Below are positions 29,937 to 40,580 of a stretch of 64,000 nucleotides of DNA, one piece after another. The notes below the pieces were generated by a model, which had not been told where the DNA came from, ran no database searches, and saw only the letters and a list, made by a program, of their open reading frames with translations. The stretch spans positions 1,919 to 65,918 of the forward strand of contig JBNLAC010000002.1 of assembly GCA_050301935.1 (NCBI GenBank), given 5' to 3'. How positions within the stretch are numbered: the first letter of the stretch is position 1; every line of letters starts with the position of its first letter. This DNA comes from Methylophilaceae bacterium (GTDB lineage: Bacteria; Pseudomonadota; Gammaproteobacteria; Burkholderiales; Methylophilaceae). The position numbers and the translations under genes are program-made.

Positions 29937-30992
29937 ATGCAAACGAAGTTTGTTAAATTATTAAGTGCAGCGTCGATTTTCGCGGCAAGTTTGACTATTG
30001 CGACGCCATCTTTCGCAGCAGCTGAAATCACTGGCGCTGGTGCATCATTCCCTCATCCTATCTATGCAAAATGGGCAGAGTCATATGAAGTAAAAACTGG
30101 CGTTAAATTAAACTACCAAGCCAGTGGGTCTGGTGCAGGCATCAAACAAATCAGCAACAAGGTGGTTGATTTTGGCGCTTCAGACAAACCATTAAAGCCT
30201 GAAGAGTTGGATAAAAAAGGATTAATGCAATTCCCTACTGTTGTAGGCGGTGTTGTACCTGTAGTTAACATTCCAGGTGTTGAAGCAGGTAAATTATCTT
30301 TAGACGGTGAAACATTAGCAAACATTTATCTTAAAAAAATCACCAAATGGGATGACCCAGCTATTGTAAAACTGAACCCTGATTTGAAATTACCTAACAA
30401 GTCAATCACTGTGGTACACCGCTCTGATGGTTCTGGAACAACATTCATCTTTACAAACTACCTTGGTAAAGTAAGTAAAGAATGGGCTGATAAAGTGGGC
30501 GCTAGCACTGCTGTAAAATGGCCAACTGGCGTTGCTGGTGCTAAAAATGCAGGTGTTGCTTCTTACGTTAAAACAATCAAATATTCTATTGGTTATGTTG
30601 AATTAGCTTATGCAACTCAAAATAACCTTGCTTACACAGCAATGGTAAACAAAGAAGGTGGCAATGTGCAGCCTACAATTGAGTCTTTCCAAGCAGCTGC
30701 TAAACATGCTGACTGGGCAAATGCAGCTGGTTTTTATGAGATTCTCACAAATGAACCGGGTAAAGATTCTTGGCCTATCGCTGGTGCAACATTTATTCTA
30801 ATGTACAAACAACAAGAAAATGCAGCAACAGCCAAAGAGGTATTAAAGTTCTTTGATTATGCTTACAAAAACGGTGATTTAAGTGCAAAAGCATTAGATT
30901 ATGTGCCATTGCCAGACAATGTCGTAGAACTTATCCAAAACAGCTGGAAATCAGACATGAAAGCAAAAGACGGCTCAGCTGTCTGGAACTAA
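29937..30992 (+). CDS. pstS: phosphate ABC transporter substrate-binding protein
   Basis: Has a signal peptide, then ITGAGASFP.PIY.KW and SGSG motifs. Confidence 0.96.
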   Translation: MQTKFVKLLSAASIFAASLTIATPSFAAAEITGAGASFPHPIYAKWAESYEVKTGVKLNYQASGSGAGIKQISNKVVDFGASDKPLKPEELDKKGLMQFPTVVGGVVPVVNIPGVEAGKLSLDGETLANIYLKKITKWDDPAIVKLNPDLKLPNKSITVVHRSDGSGTTFIFTNYLGKVSKEWADKVGASTAVKWPTGVAGAKNAGVASYVKTIKYSIGYVELAYATQNNLAYTAMVNKEGGNVQPTIESFQAAAKHADWANAAGFYEILTNEPGKDSWPIAGATFILMYKQQENAATAKEVLKFFDYAYKNGDLSAKALDYVPLPDNVVELIQNSWKSDMKAKDGSAVWN

Positions 30993-31010
30993 CCTTAGGT
31001 AATCTATAAA

Positions 31011-32066
31011 ATGTCATCCTATAATAGTAATATGGGAAATACAGGAGGGGCTTCAGCCCTTCCTGTAACTTCTTTCGATACAGAAACCGAAGCTAAAGGG
31101 TCTACATTGTCATCACCAAATAAACCTAAACAAAATATGGGTGCATTACTAGATAGCATTTTTAAGAACACCACCCTATTTTTTGCCGCTTTAGTGCTAT
31201 TACTACTTGTAGGCATTATTGTTTCATTATTTATAGGTAGCTGGCCTGCCTTTAAAACATTTGGACTACCGTTTTTCACTAGTGCAGAATGGAATCCGGT
31301 CACTGAAGAATTTGGTGCTTTAGTACCTATTTTCGGTACGATTGTTACATCAATCATCGCCATGCTAATTGCTGTACCACTAAGTTTTGGTATTGCGTTA
31401 TTTATTACAGAGATTGCACCAGTTTGGCTGAAACGCCCGATCGGTATTGCAGTTGAATTACTAGCTGGTATCCCCAGTATCATTTACGGCATGTGGGGGC
31501 TATTTGTCTTTGCACCACTATTTGCTGAACACGTTCAACCTTGGATCAATGACAACTTAGGCGAGATACCACTAATTGGCTTGCTATTTCAAGGTCCACC
31601 CATGGGTATTGGTATGCTAACGGCAGGCTTTATCCTAGCGATTATGGTCATCCCATTTACGGCATCGGTTATGCGAGATGTATTTCAAGTGGTGCCACCA
31701 ATGCTAAAAGAATCCGCTTATAGTTTAGGCTCAACAAAGTGGGAAGTTGTGTGGAATATCATACTACCATTTACCAAGACCGGTGTTATTGGTGGGATTA
31801 TGCTGGGACTTGGTAGAGCGCTAGGTGAAACCATGGCGGTAACTTTTGTCATTGGTAACTCTCACGAAATCTTTGCATCACTGATGATGCCAGGTAATAC
31901 GATTTCATCCGCTATTGCGAATGAGTTTGCCGAAGCTGTAGGCAGTCTCTACACCTCTTCACTCATTGCCCTGGGTTTAACGCTCTTCATCATCACATTT
32001 ATTGTGCTGGCATTGTCGAAATTGCTCTTGCTTCGCTTAGCCAAACAAGAAGGTAAACAATCATAA
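31011..32066 (+). CDS. pstC: phosphate ABC transporter permease PstC
   Basis: Polytopic permease with an EAA-type loop ([10 protein letters not shown]). The N-terminal extension is about 30 aa longer than in E. coli. Confidence 0.93.
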   Translation: MSSYNSNMGNTGGASALPVTSFDTETEAKGSTLSSPNKPKQNMGALLDSIFKNTTLFFAALVLLLLVGIIVSLFIGSWPAFKTFGLPFFTSAEWNPVTEEFGALVPIFGTIVTSIIAMLIAVPLSFGIALFITEIAPVWLKRPIGIAVELLAGIPSIIYGMWGLFVFAPLFAEHVQPWINDNLGEIPLIGLLFQGPPMGIGMLTAGFILAIMVIPFTASVMRDVFQVVPPMLKESAYSLGSTKWEVVWNIILPFTKTGVIGGIMLGLGRALGETMAVTFVIGNSHEIFASLMMPGNTISSAIANEFAEAVGSLYTSSLIALGLTLFIITFIVLALSKLLLLRLAKQEGKQS

Positions 32067-32920
32067 TGGAATTTAACAACGCGAGATATAAAAGACGTAA
32101 AGTCTTAAATCAAGTTGCAATGACAATGTCAGTACTCACTGTTGCAATCGCACTGACTTTTCTTGCATGGATACTGGTAACATTGTTTAGCAATGGTTTC
32201 CAATATTTGAGCACAGCTGTCTTTACAGAGACCACTCCTCCACCAGGCGGCTCAGGTGGTTTGTCAAACGCTATTTTTGGTAGTTTGCTGATGGTTGTAT
32301 TTGCTACATTGATAGGTACACCAGTTGGTATTCTAGCTGGTACCTACTTAGCTGAGTACGGCAAAACAGGGTGGTTAGCACCCACAACTAGATTTATTAA
32401 CGATATCCTGCTATCGGCACCCTCTATTGTTATAGGTTTATTTGTTTATGAAATCGCCGTACACAAGGTAGGTCACTTCTCTGGCTGGGCGGGTGCGATT
32501 GCACTATCGTTAATCATTATTCCTGTGGTTGTCAGAACCACTGAAAATATGATGTTACTGGTTCCAAATGCCCTACGTGAAGCAGCTGCTGCACTCGGCG
32601 CTCCTTATTGGAAGGTTGTCGTGATAGTCGTTTACCGATCTGCAAAAGCTGGGATACTAACGGGTTTACTGCTAGGTGTGGCGCGTATTAGTGGTGAAAC
32701 TGCACCACTCTTGTTTACTGCACTCAACAACCAGTTTTGGAATACCGACATGGCTAAACCGATGGCCAGTATTGCTGTGGTCATCTATCAGTTTGCATTG
32801 AGCCCTTATGACGACTGGCAACACCTTGCCTGGGCAGGTGCACTTATTATTACCCTGTTTGTTCTGGGCTTAAATATCTTAGCTAGAACTTTCTTCCGCC
32901 AAGAACAAGCACAACGTTAA
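32066..32920 (+). CDS. pstA: phosphate ABC transporter permease PstA
   Basis: Permease with [11 protein letters not shown]. The start overlaps the pstC stop. Confidence 0.94.
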   Translation: MEFNNARYKRRKVLNQVAMTMSVLTVAIALTFLAWILVTLFSNGFQYLSTAVFTETTPPPGGSGGLSNAIFGSLLMVVFATLIGTPVGILAGTYLAEYGKTGWLAPTTRFINDILLSAPSIVIGLFVYEIAVHKVGHFSGWAGAIALSLIIIPVVVRTTENMMLLVPNALREAAAALGAPYWKVVVIVVYRSAKAGILTGLLLGVARISGETAPLLFTALNNQFWNTDMAKPMASIAVVIYQFALSPYDDWQHLAWAGALIITLFVLGLNILARTFFRQEQAQR

Positions 32921-32937
32921 CTTAGGATTATTTATCA

Positions 32938-33708
32938 ATGACCACCGAAACCCTTCAGTCAAAAATCAAAACGGATAATTTAGATTTTTACTATGGTAAA
33001 TTCCATGCGCTTAAAAATGTGAATCTAGACATTCCAGCCAGCAAAGTAACGGCCTTTATTGGTCCTTCAGGTTGTGGTAAATCCACATTATTGCGCACTT
33101 TTAACCGCATGTATGAGCTTTATCCAAAACAAAGAGTTGAGGGTAAGATTTTATTAGATGGCAATGATATTCATCATAAAGACCAAGATATTAATATCTT
33201 ACGCGCAAAAGTGGGTATGGTTTTCCAGAAACCGACGCCATTCCCGATGTCAATTTATGACAACATTGCCTTTGGCGTTAAACTGTATGAAAACCTGTCA
33301 AGTCGCGACATGGATGACCGAGTCGAATGGGCGCTAAAAAAAGCTGCGCTATGGGATGAGGTAAAAGATAAATTAAATCAAAGCGGTTCAAGCTTATCTG
33401 GTGGTCAACAGCAGCGTTTGTGTATTGCAAGATGTGTCGCCGTTAAACCGAATGTTTTGTTACTTGATGAACCTTGCTCCGCTTTGGATCCAATTTCTAC
33501 CGCTCGTGTAGAAGAGCTGATCCACGAATTAAAAAACGATTACACGATTGTTATTGTGACACATAATATGCAACAAGCAGCACGCGTGTCAGACTATACC
33601 GCTTATATGTACCTAGGTGAGTTAATTGAATTTAATAATACTAATGATATTTTCATCAAGCCTAAAGACAAGCGTACTGAAGATTATATTACTGGCAGAA
33701 TCAGTTAA
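32938..33708 (+). CDS. pstB: phosphate ABC transporter ATP-binding protein
   Basis: Has Walker [10 protein letters not shown], signature LSGGQQQR and Walker B LLLDEP. Confidence 0.97.
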   Translation: MTTETLQSKIKTDNLDFYYGKFHALKNVNLDIPASKVTAFIGPSGCGKSTLLRTFNRMYELYPKQRVEGKILLDGNDIHHKDQDINILRAKVGMVFQKPTPFPMSIYDNIAFGVKLYENLSSRDMDDRVEWALKKAALWDEVKDKLNQSGSSLSGGQQQRLCIARCVAVKPNVLLLDEPCSALDPISTARVEELIHELKNDYTIVIVTHNMQQAARVSDYTAYMYLGELIEFNNTNDIFIKPKDKRTEDYITGRIS

Positions 33709-33743
33709 ACTAATGAAGCTAACTTATTGTTAGGAAGAAAATA

Positions 33744-34433
33744 ATGAATGAAACCGTACATCTCTCGACACAATTTGACGAGGACCTTGAAAACCTGCGT
33801 AGCAGAGTGCTAGAAATGGGCGGTCTGGTAGAGGCGCAAATCAACCAGACCACAAAAGCCTATACACAAAATAATAGTGCAGCTGTCTTAGACGTTTTAG
33901 AAAATGACCGTGAAGTTAATAAATTAGAAAAAACCATCGATGATGATTGCATACACATCATTGCAAAACGTCAACCAACAGCGAGTGATTTACGCCTGGT
34001 CATGTCTATCAGTAAAATGGTTACTGATTTGGAGCGCTCTGGTGACGAGATTAAAAAAATGGCCAAGAGTATTCGCCGTATTCAAGAGCGTGATGTCGCT
34101 GTTTTAAAGGCTACGACTGATGTTAAGCATCTAGCTGATGCTGCAAGCAGCCAACTGAGAAGTGCACTAGATACGTTTGCGCGCCTTAATACTGAGGAGG
34201 CCAGAATGGTTATTGAAGCCGACCTCTCTCTAGACTCAGAGTTTAAAGCGATTGTACGTCAATTGATAACCTTCATGATGGAAGATCCTCGCTCAATTTC
34301 TACTGCATTAGATGTGATTACCATTTCTCGCTGTATTGAAAGGGTTGGCGACCATGCAAAAAATATTGCTGAACAGGTAATTTACATTGTCGAAGGTCGT
34401 GATGTGCGCCATACTAATGACGATGCCAGCTAA
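33744..34433 (+). CDS. phoU: phosphate signalling complex protein PhoU
   Basis: Two PhoU repeats carrying the E(D)xxxD motifs (DLERSGDE / IERVGDHAKNIAE). Confidence 0.95.
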   Translation: MNETVHLSTQFDEDLENLRSRVLEMGGLVEAQINQTTKAYTQNNSAAVLDVLENDREVNKLEKTIDDDCIHIIAKRQPTASDLRLVMSISKMVTDLERSGDEIKKMAKSIRRIQERDVAVLKATTDVKHLADAASSQLRSALDTFARLNTEEARMVIEADLSLDSEFKAIVRQLITFMMEDPRSISTALDVITISRCIERVGDHAKNIAEQVIYIVEGRDVRHTNDDAS

Positions 34434-34452
34434 TCAAAAGCACCTTTCTGCT

Positions 34453-34490
34453 AAGCCTCAGCCTTTAACACGCTGAGGCTTTTTTATTTT
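34453..34490 (+). terminator. rho-independent terminator after phoU
   Basis: 10-bp stem AAGCCTCAGC/GCTGAGGCTT followed by TTTTTATTTT. Confidence 0.85.
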
Positions 34491-34600
34491 GATGACATAT
34501 CGCACTCACCACGCTTAGAAAACTCAATCAGTTATTTGCTTTGTGACAGTTTAATTATCGTTATATATTTGTAACAATTATTTGGTATATTAATTTGCTA

Positions 34601-36652
34601 ATGAAAAACCCTACAATATCTTTACTAAATCGCGACTTAAGCATTTTAAGTTTTAATGAGCGTGTTTTATCTTTGGCTCAAAGAGAAGACTATCCTTTGC
34701 TTGAGCGACTAAGATTTCTCTGTATTGTTGCCTCCAATCTAGATGAGTTTTTTGAAGTCCGTATGGAGCCTCAATTGGAAGCCAAACAAACTGGTATTAC
34801 CATGGGTGAAATCACGGTTGATACCTACGATCAAATTTCCGAGAAAGCACATGACTTAGTTCAAAAGCAATACCATCTATTTGAAAATGATTTGATGCCT
34901 GCACTGGAAAAACAAGGTGTCTCTCTTATCTCGAGTCACTTGCGTAGTGCTGAACAAAAGAAATGGGTGGCGCAATATTTTCAATCTGAAGTAAAGCCAT
35001 TATTGTTGCCCATAGCCTTAGATCCGGCGCATCCATTTCCACAAGTCGCCAATAAAGCGCTCCACTTTATCGTGCAATTAGAAACTAAGAAAAAAACACC
35101 TTCTATTGCGATAGTAAGAGTACCACGTGTGCTGCCTAGAGTGACACGCTTACCAGCTCGTATCAGTAAAAAGAAACAATACTTTGTTTCACTGACCAGT
35201 ATCATTCGTGCCCACCTTGCAGATTTATTTCAAGGCGCAAAAATTATTAACTTCTCACAATTCCGCGTCACTAGAAACTCCGATTTAGAGTTTGATGAAG
35301 ATGATGTAAGTAATTTAAGAACTGCATTGCGTCAAGAACTCGCATCTAGACCCTATGGTGAGCCCGTCCGGTTAGAGGTCACAATCGACTGTGTTGATAC
35401 ATTGTCAGACTTTCTGTTACAGCAATTTGCGCTACCGCCATCTGCTCTTTATAAAGTAAATGGCCCGGTTAATTTAGGTCGGTTGATTCAATTACCAGAC
35501 TTAGCCAGCGATACAAAGTTATCATTTCCGACATTCACACCTGCATGGCCCAGAGGCCTGTCGGCGAACAAATCAATGTTCTCGCAGCTTAAAAAAAGAG
35601 ACATTTTAATTCATCAACCATTTGAGAGCTTTGAAGCAGTTATTCAATTGTTGCAAGAAGCGGTACATGATAATGACGTACTTGCAATCCATCAAACGAT
35701 TTACCGCGCAGGCTCAGACCCTCGAATTTTGAACTTGCTTAGAGAGGCCGTACAAAGAGGGAAGGAAGTACTTGTCGTTGTTGAACTAAAAGCAAGGTTT
35801 GACGAAGAGGCTAATATCAACTGGTCTGAGGCACTTGAGTCTATTGGCGCACAAGTGGTGTATGGGATTGTGGGTCTAAAAACACACGCCAAGATGTGTT
35901 TAATTATGCGTCGTGAAGGACGTGCAATAAAACGCTATGGTCACTTATCAACTGGTAACTACAACCCTAAAACAGCTAAGCTATACACCGATCTTAGTAT
36001 GCTAACTAGCGATTTAACCATCACACGTGAGATGGAGCAGATATTTAGACACCTTACTAGCGAACTACCGTTACCAAGAATGCGTAAATTATTGGCTTCT
36101 CCCTTTACCTTACACAGCACAATGTTGCGTTATATCAACTCTGCAGGGAATGCAGCAGCCAAAGGCAAACCTGCTAATATTATTGTCAAAACCAACTCAC
36201 TAACCGATCAAACCTTAGTCTTGGCACTCATAAAGGCGGCTAAAAAAGGTGTGAAAATTGATTTAATTGTTCGCAGTGCTTGTATATTGCCAGTTGGCGC
36301 AAAAGATTTACAAGGTAACATTCGTGTTCGCTCTATAGTTGGACGTTTCCTTGAACATTCTCGCGCATTTTATTTCAATATAGATGGTAAAGCGAAGTTG
36401 TGGTTATCAAGTGCAGATTGGATGTCTCGCAATATGTTACGACGCGTAGAAATTGCCTGGCCAGTGCTAGACCCTGATATGCAGCAACGTGTGATTGATG
36501 AATGCTTCACACCATACTTGGAAGACAATATTGATGCATGGGCGCTAACTGAAGATGGTAGCTATCAGCTAGTAAGCAGTTTGCACAGTGATGCTGACAA
36601 ACCATCCAAACAAGTATCTGCGCAAACAGAACTGATGCAAATCAACCGCTGA
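34601..36652 (+). CDS. ppk: polyphosphate kinase 1
   Basis: Has N-terminal NRDLS.L.FN.RVL and two PLD-like HKD-type C-terminal domains (THAKM, EHSR). ATG 34601 is preferred over TTG 34595. Confidence 0.96.
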   Translation: MKNPTISLLNRDLSILSFNERVLSLAQREDYPLLERLRFLCIVASNLDEFFEVRMEPQLEAKQTGITMGEITVDTYDQISEKAHDLVQKQYHLFENDLMPALEKQGVSLISSHLRSAEQKKWVAQYFQSEVKPLLLPIALDPAHPFPQVANKALHFIVQLETKKKTPSIAIVRVPRVLPRVTRLPARISKKKQYFVSLTSIIRAHLADLFQGAKIINFSQFRVTRNSDLEFDEDDVSNLRTALRQELASRPYGEPVRLEVTIDCVDTLSDFLLQQFALPPSALYKVNGPVNLGRLIQLPDLASDTKLSFPTFTPAWPRGLSANKSMFSQLKKRDILIHQPFESFEAVIQLLQEAVHDNDVLAIHQTIYRAGSDPRILNLLREAVQRGKEVLVVVELKARFDEEANINWSEALESIGAQVVYGIVGLKTHAKMCLIMRREGRAIKRYGHLSTGNYNPKTAKLYTDLSMLTSDLTITREMEQIFRHLTSELPLPRMRKLLASPFTLHSTMLRYINSAGNAAAKGKPANIIVKTNSLTDQTLVLALIKAAKKGVKIDLIVRSACILPVGAKDLQGNIRVRSIVGRFLEHSRAFYFNIDGKAKLWLSSADWMSRNMLRRVEIAWPVLDPDMQQRVIDECFTPYLEDNIDAWALTEDGSYQLVSSLHSDADKPSKQVSAQTELMQINR

Positions 36653-37155
36653 TGAGCAAGACCGCCACATACAAAAATATTATGCTATGGAGGCACGCAG
36701 ATGCATTACCAATAGGTGGGAACATACGTGATGATCTAAGCAGACCACTGAGTAAAAAAGGTCTAAAGCAAGCCAAGTTAATGGCAGCATGGCTTGAGTG
36801 CCACATACCTAAAGACACCATCATTATTTCGAGCAAGGCGCTGAGATCACAGCAAACTGCAGTTGCGCTGACTAATGATTTTATATTATCTAGTGGAATC
36901 AACCCTGGCGCGTCACTTGAGAAAGTATTAGAGACAATTCATAGTTTATCTGACGGCAATCAATCAGCGTCTAATCTGATGATAGTTGGGCATCAGCCTT
37001 GGTTAGGACAGTTAGCGGCTTACTTATTCAACCCAGAAACAACTGCGCAAAGCCTAGGTATTAAAAAAGCAGCGTTATGGTGGTTTAAACGAACAGCAAA
37101 TCTACCAGATCATACGTTTGAACTTATTAGCGTACAAACACCAACTTTACTCTAA
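36652..37155 (+). CDS. SixA-like phosphohistidine phosphatase (histidine phosphatase superfamily)
   Basis: LWRHADA corresponds to the RHG(D)A catalytic motif, and VGHQPWLG corresponds to the second His motif of SixA. Size is about 165 aa. The ATG overlaps the ppk stop (TGATG). Confidence 0.75.
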   Translation: MSKTATYKNIMLWRHADALPIGGNIRDDLSRPLSKKGLKQAKLMAAWLECHIPKDTIIISSKALRSQQTAVALTNDFILSSGINPGASLEKVLETIHSLSDGNQSASNLMIVGHQPWLGQLAAYLFNPETTAQSLGIKKAALWWFKRTANLPDHTFELISVQTPTLL

Positions 37156-37159
37156 TTGA

Positions 37160-37615
37160 CTACTTCTTTTTCTTCGGTCTACCAGTTTTGATGACAGGGA
37201 CACTTAACATAGCTTCTTTCAATTGCGCATCTGTCATGTTTGTTAGTTGCTTAATACCTGCCCTGAGTAGCTCACTTTTCTTAGCTGGCTGACCTAATAC
37301 CTCTAAGCGTTTTTTGAGAACAGAAAACTGAGCATACTCCTCTTTAGGCATCGTAAAGCTATCTCGTTCCATTTTCTTTTTGTCGAGCTTTATGGTTGTT
37401 GTCGGTGATAACTGTTTTTGCGAAGCTTTATTTCTAATTGACGGGCTACCCGCTTTACGGACTTGGGTTTGGGTGACTTTCGTTTCACCTGGTGTTGATT
37501 GGTTCGTTTTAGCTCTGGTCGTGGCACTAGTGGTTTTAATAGCCCTTTTAGTTACAGTTGTTCTTGTGCTTGTCGCTTTGCCAGTGGATGATGCTGTCTT
37601 TTTCTCTATCGCCAT
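37160..37615 (-). CDS. hypothetical highly basic protein (T/K/S/R-rich disordered N-half, helical C-half)
   Basis: The ATG at 37615 is preceded by a strong AAGGAGG Shine-Dalgarno (37622-37628) at 6-nt spacing. It lies 32 nt downstream of ppx on the same strand and ends in PKKKK. I recognise no family. The C-half has a possible ribbon-helix-helix-like pattern (SFTMPKEEYAQFSVLKKRLEVLG..KSELLRAGIKQL). Confidence 0.65.
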   Translation of the reverse strand: MAIEKKTASSTGKATSTRTTVTKRAIKTTSATTRAKTNQSTPGETKVTQTQVRKAGSPSIRNKASQKQLSPTTTIKLDKKKMERDSFTMPKEEYAQFSVLKKRLEVLGQPAKKSELLRAGIKQLTNMTDAQLKEAMLSVPVIKTGRPKKKK

Positions 37616-37647
37616 TTCATACCTCCTTAATAACAATCATTTTGAAT

Positions 37648-39174
37648 CTATTCTGATTTCGTTTTTACCGTAAAACTCCAACTTGTTTTTTTCCATGCAA
37701 TGACTTCTTCTTCAAGCAAATAGGCTGATTGCGGGTGCTCCCCTGCCCAGTCATCCAAGACTGTAAGCTGAATCGCATTATCCTTAAACGACAAGTTCTG
37801 AATACCCGTCAAATCAGGCTTATTACGTGAATGGCACAAAATAACCGCCAATCTTAGACAAGCTAATGATGCAATTAAGCAATCATCAACCATTGTTAAA
37901 TCCAACTTTTTCAATTTACCCCGCTGGCCAAGCACCAACAAACTCAAGTGATGCAACTCACTCTGCGAAAAACCCATCAATTCAGTATGGTCTAAAATGT
38001 AGGCACCATGTAGATGAGAGGCAGCATGCGAGATAATACTGCCTATTTCATGGCATTGTGCTGCCCAAGTCAGCAACCTGCGTTGCTCCTTGATCTCACT
38101 CTTTTTGTATTTAAGATCTTTTGCAACAGAGTCAAATAAACAGATTGTTGCCTCTTTTACATTTTCTGCATGTGTTGTATCGACTGGAAATCTTCTAAGT
38201 ACTAAATTAATCGATGCTTCTTTTGTATAGACAAGACCGTCACTTGCTTCTGCGGCCATATCATAAAATAAACCATGTCGCAGCGCGCCACGGGCAACAT
38301 ATAAAGTGTCTAGCTTTAAGAGATCAAAAATAGCACGCAATACACTTAAACCGCCTCCGATGACAGCATTACGCTCTTCTTTTAAGCCATCCAGTTTTAA
38401 CTTGCTCGTATTTTTGGCACTAATCAGTTCCTTTCTAAACCAATCAAGCCCCTCTTTAGTAATAACACCTTCTTCAAAACCTGCTTGCGCTAACACATCA
38501 CCAACAGCGCCTACTGTCCCTGAAGCACCGTAGGCTTTATCCCAATGCTTTCGCCCATACTCTTCTGTAATCACATCCAGAAAAGACTTGGCCGCCACTT
38601 CAGCTCGTTTTATATTCCGCTCAGAAAGCTCTCCCTCGGGAAAGTATTTTAGTGACCAGGCAACTGAGCCAACCCGTAACGACTCTGTTTTCAATGCATC
38701 AAAATGTTGGCCTAACACAAACTCTGTTGACCGTCCTCCAATATCGATGACTAAGCGTCGCTCATCTGACTGTGGCAAAAAGTGGCTCACACCTTGATAA
38801 ATAAGTCGCGCCTCTTCTACCCCAGAAATGACTTCGATGTTATAGCCAAGCGCTTTCTTCGCCAAACCGAGAAAGAAATCTCTGTTTCTTGCTTCTCTCA
38901 GAGTTTGTGTAGCAACTGCTCTAACATTCTGCTTAGAGAAACCTTTTAGTGCTTCACCAAACCGCTCAAGGCATTTGACCCCGCGCTCTAGAGCGGCTGC
39001 ATTAAGATTGCGATTCTCATCCAAGTCTCCACCCTGTCTAACAGCCTCTTTAATATAATCCACTCGTTGAATTTGTCCGCCTACATAGTGTGCTATTTCA
39101 AGCCGAAAACTATTAGAACCTAAATCAACTGCTGCCAGTAAGGTATCTGCACCGATAATCATATTATTTTCCAT
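37648..39174 (-). CDS. ppx: exopolyphosphatase (Ppx/GppA family)
   Basis: Has the ASKHA-fold motifs AVDLGSNSFRL and IDIGGRSTE, and a C-terminal HD-like domain. Confidence 0.94.
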   Translation of the reverse strand: MENNMIIGADTLLAAVDLGSNSFRLEIAHYVGGQIQRVDYIKEAVRQGGDLDENRNLNAAALERGVKCLERFGEALKGFSKQNVRAVATQTLREARNRDFFLGLAKKALGYNIEVISGVEEARLIYQGVSHFLPQSDERRLVIDIGGRSTEFVLGQHFDALKTESLRVGSVAWSLKYFPEGELSERNIKRAEVAAKSFLDVITEEYGRKHWDKAYGASGTVGAVGDVLAQAGFEEGVITKEGLDWFRKELISAKNTSKLKLDGLKEERNAVIGGGLSVLRAIFDLLKLDTLYVARGALRHGLFYDMAAEASDGLVYTKEASINLVLRRFPVDTTHAENVKEATICLFDSVAKDLKYKKSEIKEQRRLLTWAAQCHEIGSIISHAASHLHGAYILDHTELMGFSQSELHHLSLLVLGQRGKLKKLDLTMVDDCLIASLACLRLAVILCHSRNKPDLTGIQNLSFKDNAIQLTVLDDWAGEHPQSAYLLEEEVIAWKKTSWSFTVKTKSE

Positions 39175-39257
39175 AATGCCTTTATAGCATATTAGAAATC
39201 AGTCATGACTCTAGACCGAAAAAAAATTATACAAAACGTTAAAGTACTTGGTTTGAA

Positions 39258-40466
39258 TCAGATGGTATTGGTCTGCTCGGTCGCTAAACTGCCACGCTGC
39301 TTGACTAATCGATGTGACTTAATCGTCTGCTCATAAAAGACGAGCATTCGTTTTGCCTGTACCTCTGCTGTCCAATCTTTTAATACATATTCTCTTGCAC
39401 GCTGGCCTAACTGGTCTCGCTCATGACGGTTTTCAATTAGGCGCGCAACTTTATCAGCAAAGATTTCCTCATTGTCAGGTGCAATCAAGGCACCTTGTCC
39501 TTCAATTAAAATAGATGCAGTGCCTAATTCAGCAATGCCAACAACAGGGGTACCCTGCGCCATTGCTTCCAGTAATACCAAACCTTGAGTCTCGCTTTTT
39601 GAAGAAAATACAAAAACATCCGCAGACTTATAGCAGTCATTTAGTGCGGTATTGCGATCCAAATAACCAATAAACTGCACATTGTCTTCAATTTTTAAAG
39701 TTGTCGCCAACTGATGTAGTGAACGCTCTGCTGGCCCTTCGCCTGCAACTACTAACAGCACACCGGGATACCGCTCTGCAAGTAACCTTGTCATCCTAAA
39801 TAAAAATGGAATATTCTTTTCATAGGCAACACGACCAACATATAGCAGCATTGGACGATTATTATCAATACTATGCTGATCCTTAAACCTTAATCCATCT
39901 GCATTTGCAAAACTCGTATCTTGCAGTCCCGTAGGAATAACACTCGCTTTTGTATCGATGCCATAAGTTCTTAATACATCAAGCATGGGTTGAGATGGGA
40001 CAACTAATGCATCCACCGCATTACACTGTTTCTTTGAAACCGTCCTGGCAATATATCGGGCTGTCCATTGTGGTATCCAAGGTAAATAATGATGGAGATA
40101 ATCTTCAAAAAACGTATGATAGGTTTCCACACATGGAATCCCGAGTAGTCTGGACAGCCTTAGCCCTAAATAGTGTGCTACAAAGGGAGTATGAATATGA
40201 ATGATATCGTAACCAGCTTTTTTAAGCTCTGGCAGCAGCTTTAGCGCTTTACCATACTTCATGAGCTTATCTTCTGGATCAAAATAAATACTTCTTGCGG
40301 CTACGCGTTTAATATGATGCTCTTTGACTTTATCAGCGCCATATTCTGGGGCTATCAAATCAACCTGATGACCCAAGCCAGTTAGTTGCTCAATAAACGT
40401 TTTAATGGATGTTGAAACGCCATTAACTCGCGGGAAATAAACATCTGAGATAAAAAGTATTTTCAT
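39258..40466 (-). CDS. GT4-family (GT-B fold) glycosyltransferase
   Basis: Has N-terminal MKILFISDVYFPRVNGVSTS and the C-terminal E-x7-E motif (SETQGLVLLEAMAQGTPVV). It lies 83 nt upstream of ppx on the same strand. Confidence 0.85.
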   Translation of the reverse strand: MKILFISDVYFPRVNGVSTSIKTFIEQLTGLGHQVDLIAPEYGADKVKEHHIKRVAARSIYFDPEDKLMKYGKALKLLPELKKAGYDIIHIHTPFVAHYLGLRLSRLLGIPCVETYHTFFEDYLHHYLPWIPQWTARYIARTVSKKQCNAVDALVVPSQPMLDVLRTYGIDTKASVIPTGLQDTSFANADGLRFKDQHSIDNNRPMLLYVGRVAYEKNIPFLFRMTRLLAERYPGVLLVVAGEGPAERSLHQLATTLKIEDNVQFIGYLDRNTALNDCYKSADVFVFSSKSETQGLVLLEAMAQGTPVVGIAELGTASILIEGQGALIAPDNEEIFADKVARLIENRHERDQLGQRAREYVLKDWTAEVQAKRMLVFYEQTIKSHRLVKQRGSLATEQTNTI

Positions 40467-40515
40467 ACACAATAACAGTCATATTATGAATAACAACAGA
40501 TGCTATAGATGCACT

Positions 40516-40533
40516 GTGACAGTTTGATGAATA
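40516..40533 (-). promoter_or_regulatory. candidate Pho box for the GT4-ppx transcript
   Basis: The minus strand reads TATTCAT-CAAA-CTGTCAC: one weak and one perfect half-site, with the same CAAA spacer as the porin box. It lies about 50 nt upstream of the GT4 ATG, with TATAGC 8 nt downstream. Confidence 0.3.
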
Positions 40534-40562
40534 TGACAATAGTTTCACAATTACATTAACTT

Positions 40563-40580
40563 ATGTCATTTAAGTTTCAT
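40563..40580 (+). promoter_or_regulatory. candidate Pho box for the PLC-like gene
   Basis: ATGTCAT-TTAA-GTTTCAT, matching 6/7 and 5/7 of the half-site consensus at 11-bp spacing. It sits only about 24 nt before the ATG, which would imply a very short leader. Confidence 0.3.

Noticed and set aside
34536-34560. GTGACAGTTT half-site upstream of ppk, identical to the one at 40516-40525
   Set aside because: It is a single half-site in the wrong orientation for a plus-strand PhoB-dependent promoter, and the partner repeat is poor. It is noted only as a shared 10-mer.
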